Part shown: positions 27,695 to 44,412 of the stretch, in pieces
Layout: the number at the start of each line of letters is the position of its first letter
Position numbering within the stretch: position 1 is the first letter of the stretch
Assembly (NCBI RefSeq): GCF_009914755.1
Contig: NC_060928.1
DNA length: 64,000 bases
Direction: 5' to 3' (one strand)
Source: the human T2T-CHM13v2.0 reference genome, Homo sapiens
Translations under genes and position numbers: made by a program
Notes under the pieces: model-generated
Seen by the model: the letters and a program-made list of their open reading frames with translations, nothing else
Told to the model about the DNA's origin: nothing
Database searches by the model: none

Positions 27695-30598
27695 TTAGTC
27701 TCAATTTATAATAGTTTTTCCTCAGATAGGCTGATTACTCTTTTATAACAGAGGAAACTGAGGCCAAGGGAGTGAAATTACTTTCCAAAGGTCACACAGC
27801 TAAGGGACAGAGGCAGAATCTGAAGAAGGCAGTCTCGCTCCAGAGCACAGGCTTTCACCTAAAGAGATGTTATGACTCTGTGAAAGGTAGTACAGGGCCC
27901 TTTTTCTAGAAAAATTCTACCACATCTTTTTTTGTTATTTAAAGTGCTGACAGTGTCTTGGTAAGCAGAGAAAGCTAATTAAATGTTTCTGTACATTTTT
28001 AATATTGAAAAACATATTTAGTAAATTTCATAAACACGTATTCAATCATTCCTGAACAATGGTAATAGACAGCTCTATACACAAATTCATAGAAACTCAA
28101 ATGAGCACAAAAGCACACAATAAAATTCATCACACTCTTTGTCTCTGCCCTTCCCCCAGGTTACCAGGAGTTGTTAGTGCAGACACTGGCATTTTATTGA
28201 ACTGGTTCCGGCTACAAGGAATTTATGTTCTTATGCCCAGGGCAATCTCCTTCCCTGGTTATATGATATCTCTCACCACTCCTAGAATCCCTCTTTTGGT
28301 TATCATCAAACAGCAGAAACTTGACTCCAGAGCACCAATGTGCAGGGTGCCTCACAAGTAATTGTCTGCATGATAAGGGCAAGAATTTAAATCTTGTGAA
28401 TAGAGGAAAACCATCACCTTCATGTTCACAGGGTACATAAATTACACCATCCAACCTGAAAAAATACTCCATTTTAAATTCATATAAACATAATTAAATA
28501 GGAATGGGGAATCTGAAATGAGGAACACTGAGAGAGAAGACATTTAAAAATAACTAGAAATCATTTACAAGAGAAAATGCTTTGCTCATCCCAGAGATAG
28601 ATAAAATATATATTGCTAATTTGCAAAGACATTGATAGTCTTCTTGATCAAGCAAGGGATTTATAGTCTCCTTTCTCTATTTGTTCCTGCCAGTATCTTC
28701 ACTTTTAAGTGCCTCATTACAAGGTCTGCAAAATAGGAAAAGAAAGGAAGATGGAGAAAAAAGATCTAAAGATTTCTTTTGCTTTTAAGAGCTTATTATA
28801 ACAAGCAAACATTTGTCATTAGGTTAAATGAAAGAAAGCTAGCTCCTTACAAATATCTGAGATCATAAAAACCAAACTTGGTGGGGAAGGGACATTAGTA
28901 TAGGAAGAGGTATGATTAAAAGTAATAGCACAGAATTAGTAGCTAATATGGAAGTTAGATATTAGCAAAAAAAAAAAAAAAAAAAAGATTCTTGGTAGGG
29001 TCAATTAGATAAAAGGAAAAACTTCAAAAGGATATAACAAGTGCTCCATCCCGTGAGACTTTTAGAATTAACCTGGACAAAGAGCTAGAATATATTTCGT
29101 AGAAAGCAATCTTTTCTGACAAGCTGGTAGATTAGCTCTAATTGATTTTTCCACCTCTAATTTCTTTGACTCGCTGAAATGCTATTTGTAGAAGACAAAT
29201 GAGCTTTCCTTGAGGTTGAATTTTCTGTCTTTATTTTAATCAAATGAGATATGATTTCTCATGAAAATGGTTTCCAAGTCAATGGCTTTGCAAGTAATAA
29301 TTTAACTCTTATTTAGACAATAAAAGTTTAAAAATCAAAGTTATAGCATTAGTAAACATGACAAATCACCATATATTTTCTTCCATCATGCACTGGCAAA
29401 ATTCTTGGAATAAAGTTTCCAAGAAGTGAAGGAATAGGGTACAGGAAAAGTGGAGCAGGCTAATATTCTACCAGTTTTTACCTTTTTGTAAAAGGTAAAA
29501 TAGCTTCATATCCTCTCTAGAAAGTTATCACTAATAGAAAAACACTTAGTTCTGTTGAAATTATGTTAAAGTTTGTATCAGATAACAGTTCTGAGAACAT
29601 TAGGTACAATATCGTATGCATGTTATTTATGTTATTTGTTGTCATAAAAAGAGCAAAATTAAAAATGTACTAGAAAAAGTTTTGCCTAGAGTCTGAATTT
29701 TCTAAGAGAACACTTAGGGAAAGAGGAGAGGAAGAGGAAATACTAGGTGAGGCAGGGGATAGATCTCTTTCTCCTCATATATATATTATATATATATATT
29801 TAATATCTAAAGTCTTATATATATATTTCAAAGCTGTTTCTACAAATTTTAATGTGTTATTTTTTTCATGACTCAAAATATGACTAGAAAAAATATTCTA
29901 AATTTTTAAAATTTTTTTTACTTCAGGTCATAAAAATATTTTTCCCTATTACAGTCTGACAGGTTACAAGTTTTGTGTATTTTATTTTGTTTCGTTCTCA
30001 CATTTAAACTTTAATTTGTTTTCTAATACACTGTGAAACAGGGATATAACTTTGCAAGCAGAAAGCCAACTGTTCTAATGCAACGTATCAAACAATCTTT
30101 CCATCGCTACTTATTTATAATGTCACCTCTATTATATGTCCAATTCTCATTGGTCTGTTCCTATGCTCTCTATTCCCTTTCATAGACTACTTCTTCTATT
30201 AGGGTGGTAATATTGCACTATTTTTGTTTCTATACCTTTGTAATATATCTTGATATCTGGTAGTGTGGGTCTCTCTTCTCTGTCCTGGTTTATCAAAACT
30301 GACTTAGCTCTTCTTTCATAATATCTTTTCCACATAGAATTTATACTTCCAATATCAATTTTGATGAAAAATCTTTAGAATTTTATTGGTATTAATTTTT
30401 TTTTGAAAGAGATTCTTCTCTTTTGTTATTCCTAAACTGTTTGGTAGCAACATTCATTTAACAAACATATTTGCATACCTAGTAAGTAGTAGGCAATGAG
30501 TTGGTTATTGTGCTATTTGGCCTGTTAGTCCAAAAATAGTTAAACTATCAGAGTATTATAAAAGACACAAGCCATTAATCAGGCTCATCCTGGCTGAC

Positions 30599-31037
30599 TG
30601 TTTTGGGTTGAATTGCATCCACCCAAAAAGATATGTTGTTGTCCTAAGCTAGTATCTCAGAATGAGACCTTATTTCATAACAAGGCCAGACAGATGTAAA
30701 TTAGTTAAGATATGATCATACTGGATAGGGTGGGCCCCAATCCAATATGGCTGGTAGTCTTATAAGAAGACAACTACGTGAAGACACAGGAAGAATGCCC
30801 CCAGGAAAATGGAGGCAAAGATTAGAGCGATCCATTTATAAGCCAAGGGACACTAAAGATTGCTGGCTGTCAAAAGAAGCTAAGAGAGAGGCATGGAATA
30901 GACATGACCTCAGAGCCCTCAGTAGGAACCAACCTGCTGACATTCATTTTTATTTCAAACTTCTAGCATCCAGAACTGCAAGGGAATAGACTTTCGTTTT
31001 GTGTGCTTTGTTATGGCAGCCCTAGGAAACTAATACA
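30599..31037 (+). mobile_element. MaLR solo LTR (MLT1B-like)
   Basis: TGTTTTGGGTTGAATTG...TCCAATATGGCTGGTAGTCTTATAAGAAGA...TTGTTATGGCAGCCCTAGGAAACTAATACA. Confidence 0.8.
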
Positions 31038-31089
31038 CTATTCATTCCAAATAAATACCTTTATAAATAGTTAAAAATTATACAGGAAA

Positions 31090-31399
<310 letters not shown>

Positions 31400-31911
31400 T
31401 AAACTAATATCTATAAACTTTAGAGACAGTCAGAGGTGTCAAAGACAAAATAATGAAGTCCAAATAATTCTTGCAAAATGTTACTTTCTTTTTCTGTGAT
31501 GACATATTGACTGCACTTTAAAAACTCCCTAGGTCCAAAAAGTGACTTTACCTCCAACTTATTTCAGTATTGATTTTGTGAAAATATGTAGAACGAACAC
31601 GAAATCTGATAAATGGATCCTTCAAATGTGATTGCAATAACAAGAGGCACAATACATGTCTCAAGTTTTGGAGTACAATCTCCCCATAGGTATTGGCCTC
31701 AGACAATCTTCTATATTTCAAATATAACTAATCCTATTGCCAGGAGCTTGGGGGAAGGGGGGAATAGGGAGTTACTGTTTTATGGATACAGAATTTCAGT
31801 TTTGCAAGGTGAAAAGAGTTCTGGAGATGGATGATGTTGATGGTTGCACAATAGGAATGTACTTAATGCTGCTGAACTGTACACTTAAAAATGATTAAGA
31901 TAGTCAATTTT

Positions 31912-32218
31912 AGGCCGGGTGCGGTGGCTCATGCCTGTAATCCCAGCACTCTGGGAGGCCGAGGCGGGCAGATCACGACGAGGTCAGGAGATGAAGACCA
32001 TCCTGGCTAACACGGTGAAACCCCGTCTCTACTAAAAATACAAACAAATTAGCTGGGTGTGCTGGCGGGCTCCTGTACTCCCAGCTACTCAGGAGGCTAA
32101 GGCAGGAGAATGGCGTGAACCTGGGAGGCGGAGCTTGCAGTGAGCCGAGATTGCGCCACTGCACTTCAGCCTGGGTGACAGAGCGAGACTCCGCTTCAAG
32201 AAAAAAAGGAAAAAAAAG
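31912..32218 (+). mobile_element. AluY inserted in an L1MB 3' end (~31735-32275)
   Basis: AluY diagnostics; TSD AAGATAGTCAATTTT; flanks GAAAAGAGTTCTGGAGATGGATG and TTTTACCACAAT are L1MB 3'UTR-like. Confidence 0.9.
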
Positions 32219-32447
32219 ATAGTCAATTTTGTTACATGTATTTTACCACAATGTTAAAAAATAAAAAAATGTAAAAAGTAAGCCAAGCTGGAAAAAAATG
32301 TATATATAATTAATGTTCCATCACTGCATTTGAGAACATAGGTACATAGTTCATACAATAATCTATGTTTACAAAGTAATTCTCATTTTTTTAAATTGAG
32401 GTTGGCGATGACCCGCCATATTAGGGCACCTCAAGGCATAGGGCTAG

Positions 32448-32811
<364 letters not shown>

Positions 32812-33182
32812 ATGGCTGGTATTCTTATAAGAAGAATATAAGAGGCTGGTGATGACGAGGACTAGAGGATCAAGGTGATATCATCAGAACTGGATCTTTC
32901 TCCAGCTCCATGTCCTGCCTCTCTTTTCTGTCTGAGCTGAATTACCCTCTTGCAGGGCCCCTTTCCACAGTGGCTCTAGGTCCTCAGAGTGGTTAAATTC
33001 CTGCTTGAGACAAAAGACCTGCCTTCCTTGATTCTTCCTGACTAAACAGATCCTAAGAACTGGGAGTCAGTCTCTCTTTCTTAAACTGAGTTCTTTATAC
33101 CATGGGAACATACAACACATTCTAGGAATTATTGGAAATCACAGGATAAACCTACATCCTCCTGGAGTGACAAATGTGTTAG

Positions 33183-33564
<382 letters not shown>

Positions 33565-34299
33565 CTAAAAAGTGGGCAAAAGTTTTTTAGATGAAACACA
33601 AGATGTCAAAAGGCACATTTCTCCGGAGGCAGGCAACTGGGGACCTCTGGAGCTCAAAGTTCTGCTGTAAGGGGTAGGTTAGAGGGAAAGCACAATGGGA
33701 AAGCTGGATGAGCAGACTTTGTGATGGCTGCTTTGAACCAGAGAGGAAGACAGGCTCCATCCCGCAGGCCAAGCAAGAAAAGGAGAAAACCTGGAGCAAG
33801 CCTGGGCCTTCATAGTTCCATGAAACGAACCTATGATAGGCTTTTGTACTTTCCCGTGTAGTAACTAACATGCTTGAGGGCTTCCTATTTGCTAAACGTT
33901 GTGCATATATGAATTCACTTAATCCCAGAGGCATTCTGTGAGGTGGGTACTGTGAGTATTCATATTTTCCATATGGGAAAAATGAAATTCAGAGAGGTAC
34001 AATAACTTTCCTAAGGCAACTGGAAAAATATGTGAGTATCTTCATCTCTTTCCACATTTTGTGTCTTCTCCATTTTGTGCTAATAGAATGTAGGACATAC
34101 AAAAATAGAGAGATCCAGGAACTTGTTATCTCTAAAATAAAATGTCACTGAAGTCAAAAACAGCTAAAATCAATGCTTGAATTAGAACATCTCATTTCCT
34201 ACCTCTTATCCTAATGTTCATTTTTATACTTTTGTTCTCTTGATTTCATGTTTTTCAACTGGATGTTTTAATAGTAAACTTTGACTTCCTTCTTTACTA

Positions 34300-34388
34300 C
34301 ATCTATCTGTCTGCCTGCCTGTCTGTCTGTCTGTCCGTCCGTCTGTCCATCCGTCCATCCGTCCATCCATCCATCCAACTATCTATCT
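34300..34388. repeat. Compound tetranucleotide microsatellite (TCTA/TCTG/TCCG/TCCA)
   Basis: Seen directly in the sequence. Confidence 0.9.
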
Positions 34389-35029
34389 CAAAAGACACAT
34401 TTTTTCTGAGGCAGGCACTTGAAGGCCTCCAGAGGTCAAGGTTCTTCTGCTGTAAGGGGTAGTTTAGTGGGAAAGTTTGATGGAAGAGCTTGGTGAGCAG
34501 AGTCGGTGATGGCTGCTTTCAACGTATATATTTCTCTCTTATAACCTATATAAATGTTGCCCTGTGTATAACCTCTTTGGCCTGGTATGCTACATAAAAA
34601 TAGAGAAACATATGAACAAATAAATAAAAGATAAGTTTGACAATATTAGAGCTCTGAACAAGCAGGTTTCATGAGTACAGAGGTCATAAAGAATCTCTTT
34701 ATAAAGGTTGTATTTTTTTATGTCTTTATTAATTTTCTAGGTTCCATGTACACAGTTCATTTTCCTCTAAAAAAATTCCAATGTTGTTTCAGTGTCTCAT
34801 AAATACAAGCTCAAATCTATAATTTGGAAACTTTTAGGAGAAAAGATTAAGGCTGGCTATGCCTCATCAATAGCATTATTTTTTTTTAATGTTTAGTACT
34901 TTGTTCTTACTCTGCTGTGTTGCTGGGCGTACATCTGGGAATAGGAGGCTTATAGAGCCAGACTCTAAAGATGATTTCTATTCCTTTCTGACTTAAATGT
35001 TTTTTCTTTCTCTCTATTTCTCTCTTTCC

Positions 35030-35335
35030 CCCACCTTTCTTTCTTTCTTTTTTGAAACAGGGTCTCACTCTGTCACCCAGGCTGGGGTACACTGGCGTGA
35101 TCACAGCTCACTGCAGCCTTGAACTCCTGGGCTCCAGTGATCCTCCTGCCTCAGCCTCCAGCGTAGCTAGGACTACAGGCATGCCCCACCATGCCAGGCT
35201 AATTTTGTTTTATTTTTGTAGAAACAGGTTCTCACTATGTTACCCAGGCTGGTCTCAAACTCCTGGCCTCGAGCGATTCTTCCACCTCGGCCTCCCAAAG
35301 TGCTGGAATTACAGACATGAGCCACCGCACCCAGG
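35030..35335 (-). mobile_element. AluJ
   Basis: Antisense Alu with J-type CAGCCTTGAACTCCTGGGCTC. Confidence 0.88.
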
Positions 35336-35608
35336 GCTGATTTATACTCTCGTAAATCTGGCTTATGTATCAATTAATGTTCATACTGACATATTTCCCC
35401 ACAGTATTCTAGTTTGCTTTTGTGGCATGGGAGCTAATGCCATTTCATCTCCTTAAATACTCTGCCCCAATAGATATAGAGCATTATTTTACATATGTTA
35501 GTTATCCACAATATTCAGGAACTTTGTTGAAATATGTGGTTTCTGACACTTGACATGCATAGAGAACAGTAGTTGCACAAAATTAAAATCATTTTTTAAA
35601 GAAGATGA

Positions 35609-36044
<436 letters not shown>

Positions 36045-36853
36045 CCTTTCTATTTTTTTAAACTTGTTTTTCAGTATGTAAACAACTCCCAACCCACTAA
36101 TCAAACTTTGCAGATACTAAACTAGTGTTTAGGATAAAACTTATATGATCTCTTAAATATAAGCCTAATAAATACATTCATTAGAAATCAAGCTGTAACA
36201 ATGTGGCAGTTTTAGAAAATCACAAACCAAATTCTTTTGCTGCAATTTCATGCATTACCTTGACAATCTAGGCCACCTAAAATATAAAGCGGTGGTAACA
36301 AAGGTGATGATAATTCACTGCAAAAGAGAAAACTGAAGTGGAAAAAAGCCCAACCAGCCAATGGTTTCCTTTAACCTAATTTCAAGTATATTTCTAAAGA
36401 GGACAATAATTGAAGGGAAATCAAAGGCAATTTCTAAAAAAGTAGATTTCTCTATTCTGACAAGTTGAAAGAAATTGTTGAAGGAAACTTTTGCCAAAAC
36501 ATACCACATTGGATCTTCTGCCTGAGGTCATTGTCAAAGTTGAGACTTCTGAAAATGCAGTATTAGTGAAACGTAAAATGAGTCATATGCTCTTTCCAAT
36601 AGCCACATAAATAACGAAGAGGCATGTGGCATAGTGGGTTCTGTCCTACTTTGGCTACTTGCTGGCATTATAACCTTTGACAATTCATTTAACCACTCAG
36701 GGCTTCACTTTCAACACATTGAAGTGACAGGTGGCACTGGGTTGGAATTCCAGGTCCATCTCTTATTACTATATCATTTTAGGAAAGTTACGTGACTTCT
36801 ATGAATCTATTTCTTCAACCATAAGATGTGAAGAAGACATCAAAAATTATTTG

Positions 36854-36980
36854 GGGCCAGGCGCAGTGGCTCATGCCTGTAATCCCAGCACTTTGGGAGG
36901 TGGAGGTGGCAGGCTCACCTAAGCCCAGGAGTTACGACCAGCCTGGTCAACATAGCAAGACCCCCATCTCTTAAAAAAAA
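36854..36980 (+). mobile_element. FLAM-type Alu monomer
   Basis: Left-monomer sequence ending in an A tail. Confidence 0.8.
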
Positions 36981-37671
36981 TTATTTGGAAGAAGGAAGGC
37001 CAAAAAATAATACATAATGTATTATTCAATTTACATAAAACTCCAGAAAATGCAAACTAATCTACAGTGACAGTAAGCAGATCAATGGTTATTTGGGGAC
37101 CTGGGAAGCAGAAAGGGTGGGTGGAAAGAATTACAAAGGGGCAAGGAAACTTGAGGTGGTGGATATGTCCATGATCCTAATTTGGTGATAGTTTCACAGG
37201 TATATACATCTGTCAAAATTGATCAAATCACACATTAAACATTTAAAACATTTATTGCATGTCAATCACACCTTTCTTAAAAAGGGTCAGAGAATTCAAT
37301 GAGATAGTATGTGAAAAACAATTAGTGCAGTGCATGGCACAAGTAGGCCTCCAGAAATGAGTCCCCACCCCCACAACCCCAGCTTCATTTATGTCACAGG
37401 GCTATTTAAAATGGTATTCTACTTCATAAACCTCCGTGAACTCTGAAATCTCCTTTGCGTTTTGTAGCTTGATAAATATTTTCAAAGAAAAATATGGGAT
37501 AATATGAAAATACCTCTGCAGCTTATTTAGGATATTATTTCTGTGGGTTTTTTTCAAATCTTCATTAGAGGCATATTTTGCATTGTTGGAATCACACTTT
37601 ACATAGGACTTGCATGCTACTTCTCAACTCCATGGTTTACCTAAGATGTCTGCAAACTATTTTTTCCTTTT

Positions 37672-37980
<309 letters not shown>

Positions 37981-38044
37981 ACAAACTATTTTTAATGACT
38001 GTCTCATGATTTTCTTAGGGCTAAGAATTCCTGATATATTTGAA

Positions 38045-38560
38045 GGGAGAATTGCCAGGATTTACTGACAGATTGAATTTGGGATGTGAGAGAAAGAGGA
38101 CTCAGGGATGACACTACAGTTTTTGGCCTGAGCAATTAGAAGTTTGATGAAGCTGACATTTTCTGAGAAAGGAAGAATTTGTAAAGGGCAGCTTCGGTGG
38201 GGAACTTCCATTTTGAGGAGAAGTTAGGTATTAAACATCGCTGGAGTAGGCAGTGGACCTGAGATCCAAGGGGAGGTCCAGCTGGAGATATAAATATGGG
38301 AGTCTCCAGCATAAAGACGATATTTAAAGCCATGAGTTGGATGTGGTCTTCAAGGGCATGAGTATAAATAGACAGCAGAAGAGGCTCAACAACTGAGTCA
38401 TGGAGGCCCCCTAATGGCTAGATCCTGGAGTTGAGGAGGAAGCAGTAAAGGTGACAGAAAAGGAGTGCGATCAAGGAGGAAGGAGCGTAGGCTGTTTGGA
38501 AAGCCAAGTGAAGAAAGTGTTTATAGGAGAGAATGATGCTTATCACTCAAGTAAGAAGAG
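38045..38560 (-). mobile_element. L2 LINE remnant
   Basis: GGATTTACTGACAGATTG...GGATGTGAGAGAAAGAGGA...TTTTTGGCCTGAGCAA...GCTGGAGATATAAATATGGGAGTC. Confidence 0.75.
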
Positions 38561-38639
38561 AATGAAAAACATGCTCTTAAAACAAAGGGTAGTTATATCA
38601 AGGGCACTATGAGTAGAGTGGATTCAAAAGGTTATATCC

Positions 38640-39300
38640 TAGGAAGATACACAAGTGGCCAATGAGCACAAGAAAATATTCTCACCATCATTATCCATCA
38701 GAGAAATATACATCAAAACCACAATGATGTACCACTTCACACCCATAAGGATGGATGAAATCCGAAGAAAAATAACGTGTTGGTGAGAATGTGGAGAAAT
38801 CGGAACCCTCATACACTGCTAGTGAAATGCAAAATGGTGTAGCACTTTGGAAAACAGTTTGGCAGTTCCTCAGAAAGTTAAACATAGAGTTACCATATGA
38901 TCCAGCAATTCATCTACTAGAAATATATCCTAAAGAAATGAAAACATATGTCCACACAAAAACTTGTACATGAATGTTCATAGCAACATTATTCATAACA
39001 GCCAAAAACTGGGAAAAAAACAAATGTCCAGTGTTCAGCAAAAAATTAAGAGACATAAAGAGAAACAAGAACGTATAGCTCATACATGATGGGGGAAAGT
39101 AATCAGTAGAAACTGTCCCAGAATTCCAGATGTTAGACTTAGTAGACAAAGACTTTAAGTCAGCTATCTTAAATATGGTCCAAGAACAAAAGGAGTTGAT
39201 TTCTAAAGAACTAAAAAAAGTATTAGAGCAAAGTCTCACTAAATAGAGGTTATTAATGAAGAGATAGATGTTATAAAAATAAAAAGTGTCAACAAATCCA
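38640..39300 (+). mobile_element. Old L1M fragments (ORF2 3' region, then ORF1-like)
   Basis: Translates to ALWKTVWQFLRKLNIELPYDPAIHLLEIYPKEMKT (L1 ORF2p C-terminal motif). Confidence 0.85.
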
Positions 39301-39605
39301 CTCAAAAGTGTTTTCTTTCGAGAAAAAGGAAAGAGACTTTATTCTAGCAAATGGTTTGCAAACCAGAGATACACAGGCTTTGATATAAAATGAAGGTGTG
39401 TTCAGACAGAACAAAGAAAGTGCTTGTGTTTTATAGAGTTCTTGCGCAGGCTACCACTCTGGTCTACTTATGCAAACGATGGATGCAAACTTGCTTAGTT
39501 CTGCTTGGTTGAGGCTTGCTGAGTTCTGATTGGTAGCTGCAGGTTACAGTCTTTGGTTGGTTCAGGCAGCATAAACAGAACAGCAGCTACGAAGTCTCAA
39601 AGTTA

Positions 39606-40699
<1,094 letters not shown>

Positions 40700-41919
40700 G
40701 TGTGTGACTTCTAGTCAGCCAATGGCCACTTGGCTATATTTTGAATTTAGGCCCAGTTAACCACTCAGGGTCCATCTTGACAGATTAGCCCCTTGAGGGC
40801 TCACAAAAGAAATTTTTGGAGCTGAAAATTACAATAGCTGAAATGTGACTACCCTGGAAATCAGGTTCTACCCACCTTCAGGCTTTATTATTGTTGTTGC
40901 TTATGCTCATGCTTGCGTTCCAGGCATGAGCCACCATGCCCGGCCTGGACAAGGATTTTCTTAATTGCCTGAAATCAATAAATCTCCCAATCTTTGGCAA
41001 GGGGCTCTGAGTGTATTTTGGGGTACATCATCAGCACTCAGCCAGGCCATGTACAACTCTTTCTGGGCCTTCATTTCCTGATTGTGCAGAGCCTCAGGGT
41101 CAGCTGCAGGTGAGAGCTTAGGGGCTTCTCATGTTTTCCTGAGCATGTATGCAGCCTGAGGATATGCACGTGGCCTTCTAGATTCCCAGGAATATGTCAA
41201 ACCTTTCCAAAGCTCCTGTAGACATTTCACTGCTCAGCTTTTCCTTGTAAGCTCCTGTGGGAGAGGCTTTCAGCAACAGGCCATCTCTCAGTCAGTACAA
41301 ATAAAGAAAAGCCTCTCAAGTGAGTCTTCAACTGTTTTTGGTTCCTTTTATAAAGGGGTGAATTTTTGGAGATCCTTCTTCTGCCATTTTCCTAATATCA
41401 CCCAGCATTTCCTCTTTTATCTTCTGGGGAATCATTTATGTAAGAATAGGATGATCCTTTGAATGTTTGGTAAGATTGTCATAAAAGCATTTAAATCTCA
41501 GTATTTTTTCATGAAAGATTTTTGATTGCTGCTTTATTTTCTTTCACAGTGCATGCTTTCTATTTTTTTCTAAGTATTTGAGATTTTTCTCTAGGTTCAA
41601 ATTCATTGGCAAAAAATTGTTCATAGTATTTCTTATTGTCTTTTAAATCTATAAGGTGTATGTGATTACGTTCCCATTTTATGTCCTTGATATTGTCTAT
41701 TTGTGTATAATTTATTTTTCCGTAAATTCTGCCAGATGATTGTCTATTTGATTAATCATTTTTAAAAAACTAACTTTTGTTTATTGATTTTCTCTATTTT
41801 ACTCTCATCTATTTCTGCTCATAATTATCTACTCTTTTCTATTTGCCTTGAATTTATGTTGTTGTTCTTTCTATAACTTCTTAAGTTGGATGCTTGGCTC
41901 AGTAATTTTCTACACTTCT

Positions 41920-42223
<304 letters not shown>

Positions 42224-42657
42224 TCACTTCTTCTTTTTAATGGTATGAATTTCCCATAAATATGATAGCACTGCATCTCATAAATATTGATATTTAAAGT
42301 TTTATTAATGTTCAGTTCTCAAGATTTTCCAATTTTAATTATGACTTCTACTTTGACCCATGATTTACTAAAGAGTGTGAATTTTAATTTCCAAAGTTAA
42401 TTTTATAAGTCTCATTTATCATTTTATTACTGGTATTAAATTAGTTGTGTTGCAATTAGAAAACATGGTCTGCATAAACTGATTCTTTAAAATTTGCTGA
42501 CTCATGCTTCATAACTAAGCACTTAATGTTTGTAAATTCTCTATGTATGTTTGAGAAGAATACACATTTTAAAATTGTGGGATGCAGAGTTTTACATATG
42601 TCCATTAGATTAAGATTGTTAATTATAGCGTTCAATTTTTAAAATTTTTAAAATTTT

Positions 42658-43341
42658 CTTTTTTTTTTATTATACTTTAAGTTTTAGGGTACATGTGCAC
42701 ATTGTGCAGGTTAGTTACATATGTATACATGTGCCATGCTGGTGCACTACACCCACTAACTCGTCATCTAGCATTAGGTATATCTCCCAGTGCTATCCCT
42801 CCCCCCTCCCCCCACCCCACAACAGTCCCCAGAGTGTGATATTCCCCTTCCTGTGTCCATGTGATCTCATTGTTCAATTCTCATCTATGAGTGAGAACAT
42901 GCGGTGTTTGGTTTTTTGTTCTTGCGATAGTTTACTGAGAATGATGTTTTCCAATTTCATCCATGTCCCTACAAAGGACATGAACTCATCATTTTTTATG
43001 GCTGCATAGTATTCCATGGCGTATATGTGCCACATTTTCTTAATCCAGTCTATCATTGTTGGACATTTGGGTTGGTTCCAAGTCTTTGCTATTGTGAATA
43101 ATGCCGCAATAAACATACGTGTGCATGTGTCTTTATAGCAGCATGATTTATAGTCCTTTGGGTATATACCCAGTAATGGGATGGCTGGGTCAAATGGTAT
43201 TTCCAGTTCTAGATCCCTGAGGAATCGCCACACTGACTTCCACAATGGTTGAACTAGTTTACAGTCCCACCAACAGTGTAAAAGTGTTCCTATTTCTCCA
43301 CATCCTCTCCAGCACCTGTTGTTTCCTGACTTTTTAATGAT
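42658..43341 (-). mobile_element. Young 5'-truncated L1 (L1PA2-like) 3' end
   Basis: Near-consensus 3'UTR (non-Ta CCCACTAACTCGTC) and uninterrupted ORF2p C-terminus WRFLRDLELEIPFDPAIPLLGIYPKDYKSCCYKDTCTRMFIAALFTIAK (ORF 42874-43245). Confidence 0.93.
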
Positions 43342-44209
43342 TTTCTATATGTCGGTCTTCTATATGTTAGTTGAGCTCGGAAAGAGAACTGAGCTGCCAA
43401 GTATCAGAGTAACGAATTAAAGCAGCAAACCAAAATGAAAGATTTGTAAATTTCTGCAACAGTACAAGCAAGAGGCCAAACTGAAGAAAGCATCAACTCT
43501 CCTCCATTCTGTCTTCCCCATAGAACTGCACACCAGTAAAGGGTGAGGTGGGTCAATACAGCTGTAGGGATTATCTCACAGTTGAGGGAGCCCTCAACAA
43601 AAGACTCCAGTAGATTTATGAACCCTGGGGTCAAGGTCAGGGCAAGGGGGAAGGGCTAGAAGTGGAAAACTATGGAGTCAGAGTGGGTACAAGTGTCTTT
43701 AAGGTTTCCCCTTCTCTGCCCATAAGGAGGCCTAAGCCAAGGTGCCTGCAGACCTCTGCCCAAGGTCTCAGATAAGGAGACCTAGAAAAGAAGGTGCCAG
43801 GGCTCCAAATGCAAACATGTAAAAAAAAGCATGACTGGCCAGGGGGTCTGAGACCTTGACAGCAACTCCTCTCAGAGGCTGCAATGCCCTGGCTATGCCC
43901 CAAGCCTGGTGTGGGGCGGGTAGCTTTCTCCTGTGGTCCTATCAGTTTTCGCTTTATACATTTGAGGGTACTTTATTAGAAGCATACAACTGTAGAATTG
44001 TTATATCTTCCTGGTGAATTTAAAATGTAACCATAATGAGGCCCTCTATCTCTAAGAATGCTTTTTGCTTAAAAATCTATTACGCTATTAATATAACTAT
44101 ACTAGGTTTCTTTGGTTGATCTTTTTCTTGGAAAGCTTTCCTTTGCTTTTTACTTTCAATCTTGCCATATTGTAATGCATGAGGCATGTCTCTTTAAAAT
44201 AGCACATAT

Positions 44210-44412
44210 CACCAGCCTGGGCAACATAGCAAGACCCTATCTCTACAAGAATTAATTAGCTGGGTGGGGTAGTGCATGAGTATAGTCCCACCTATTCAGG
44301 AGGCTGAGGCCTCCTTCACTTGAGAGCCCAGGAGGTTGAGGCTGCAGTGAGCCATGATCACACAATGGCACTCGAGACTGGGTGACAGAGCAAGACTCTG
44401 TCTAAAAAAATA
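44210..44412 (+). mobile_element. 5'-truncated AluJ
   Basis: CCAGCCTGGGCAACATAGCAAGACCC through right arm and tail. Confidence 0.8.

Noticed and set aside
33606-33738. Possible H/ACA snoRNA (two hairpins, ~135 nt)
   Set aside because: No clear ANANNA hinge or terminal ACA conserved in both copies; kept only as an unexplained duplicated module
42874-43245. 123-aa ORF with a protein-like sequence
   Set aside because: C-terminus of L1 ORF2p in a 5'-truncated element with no promoter or true start
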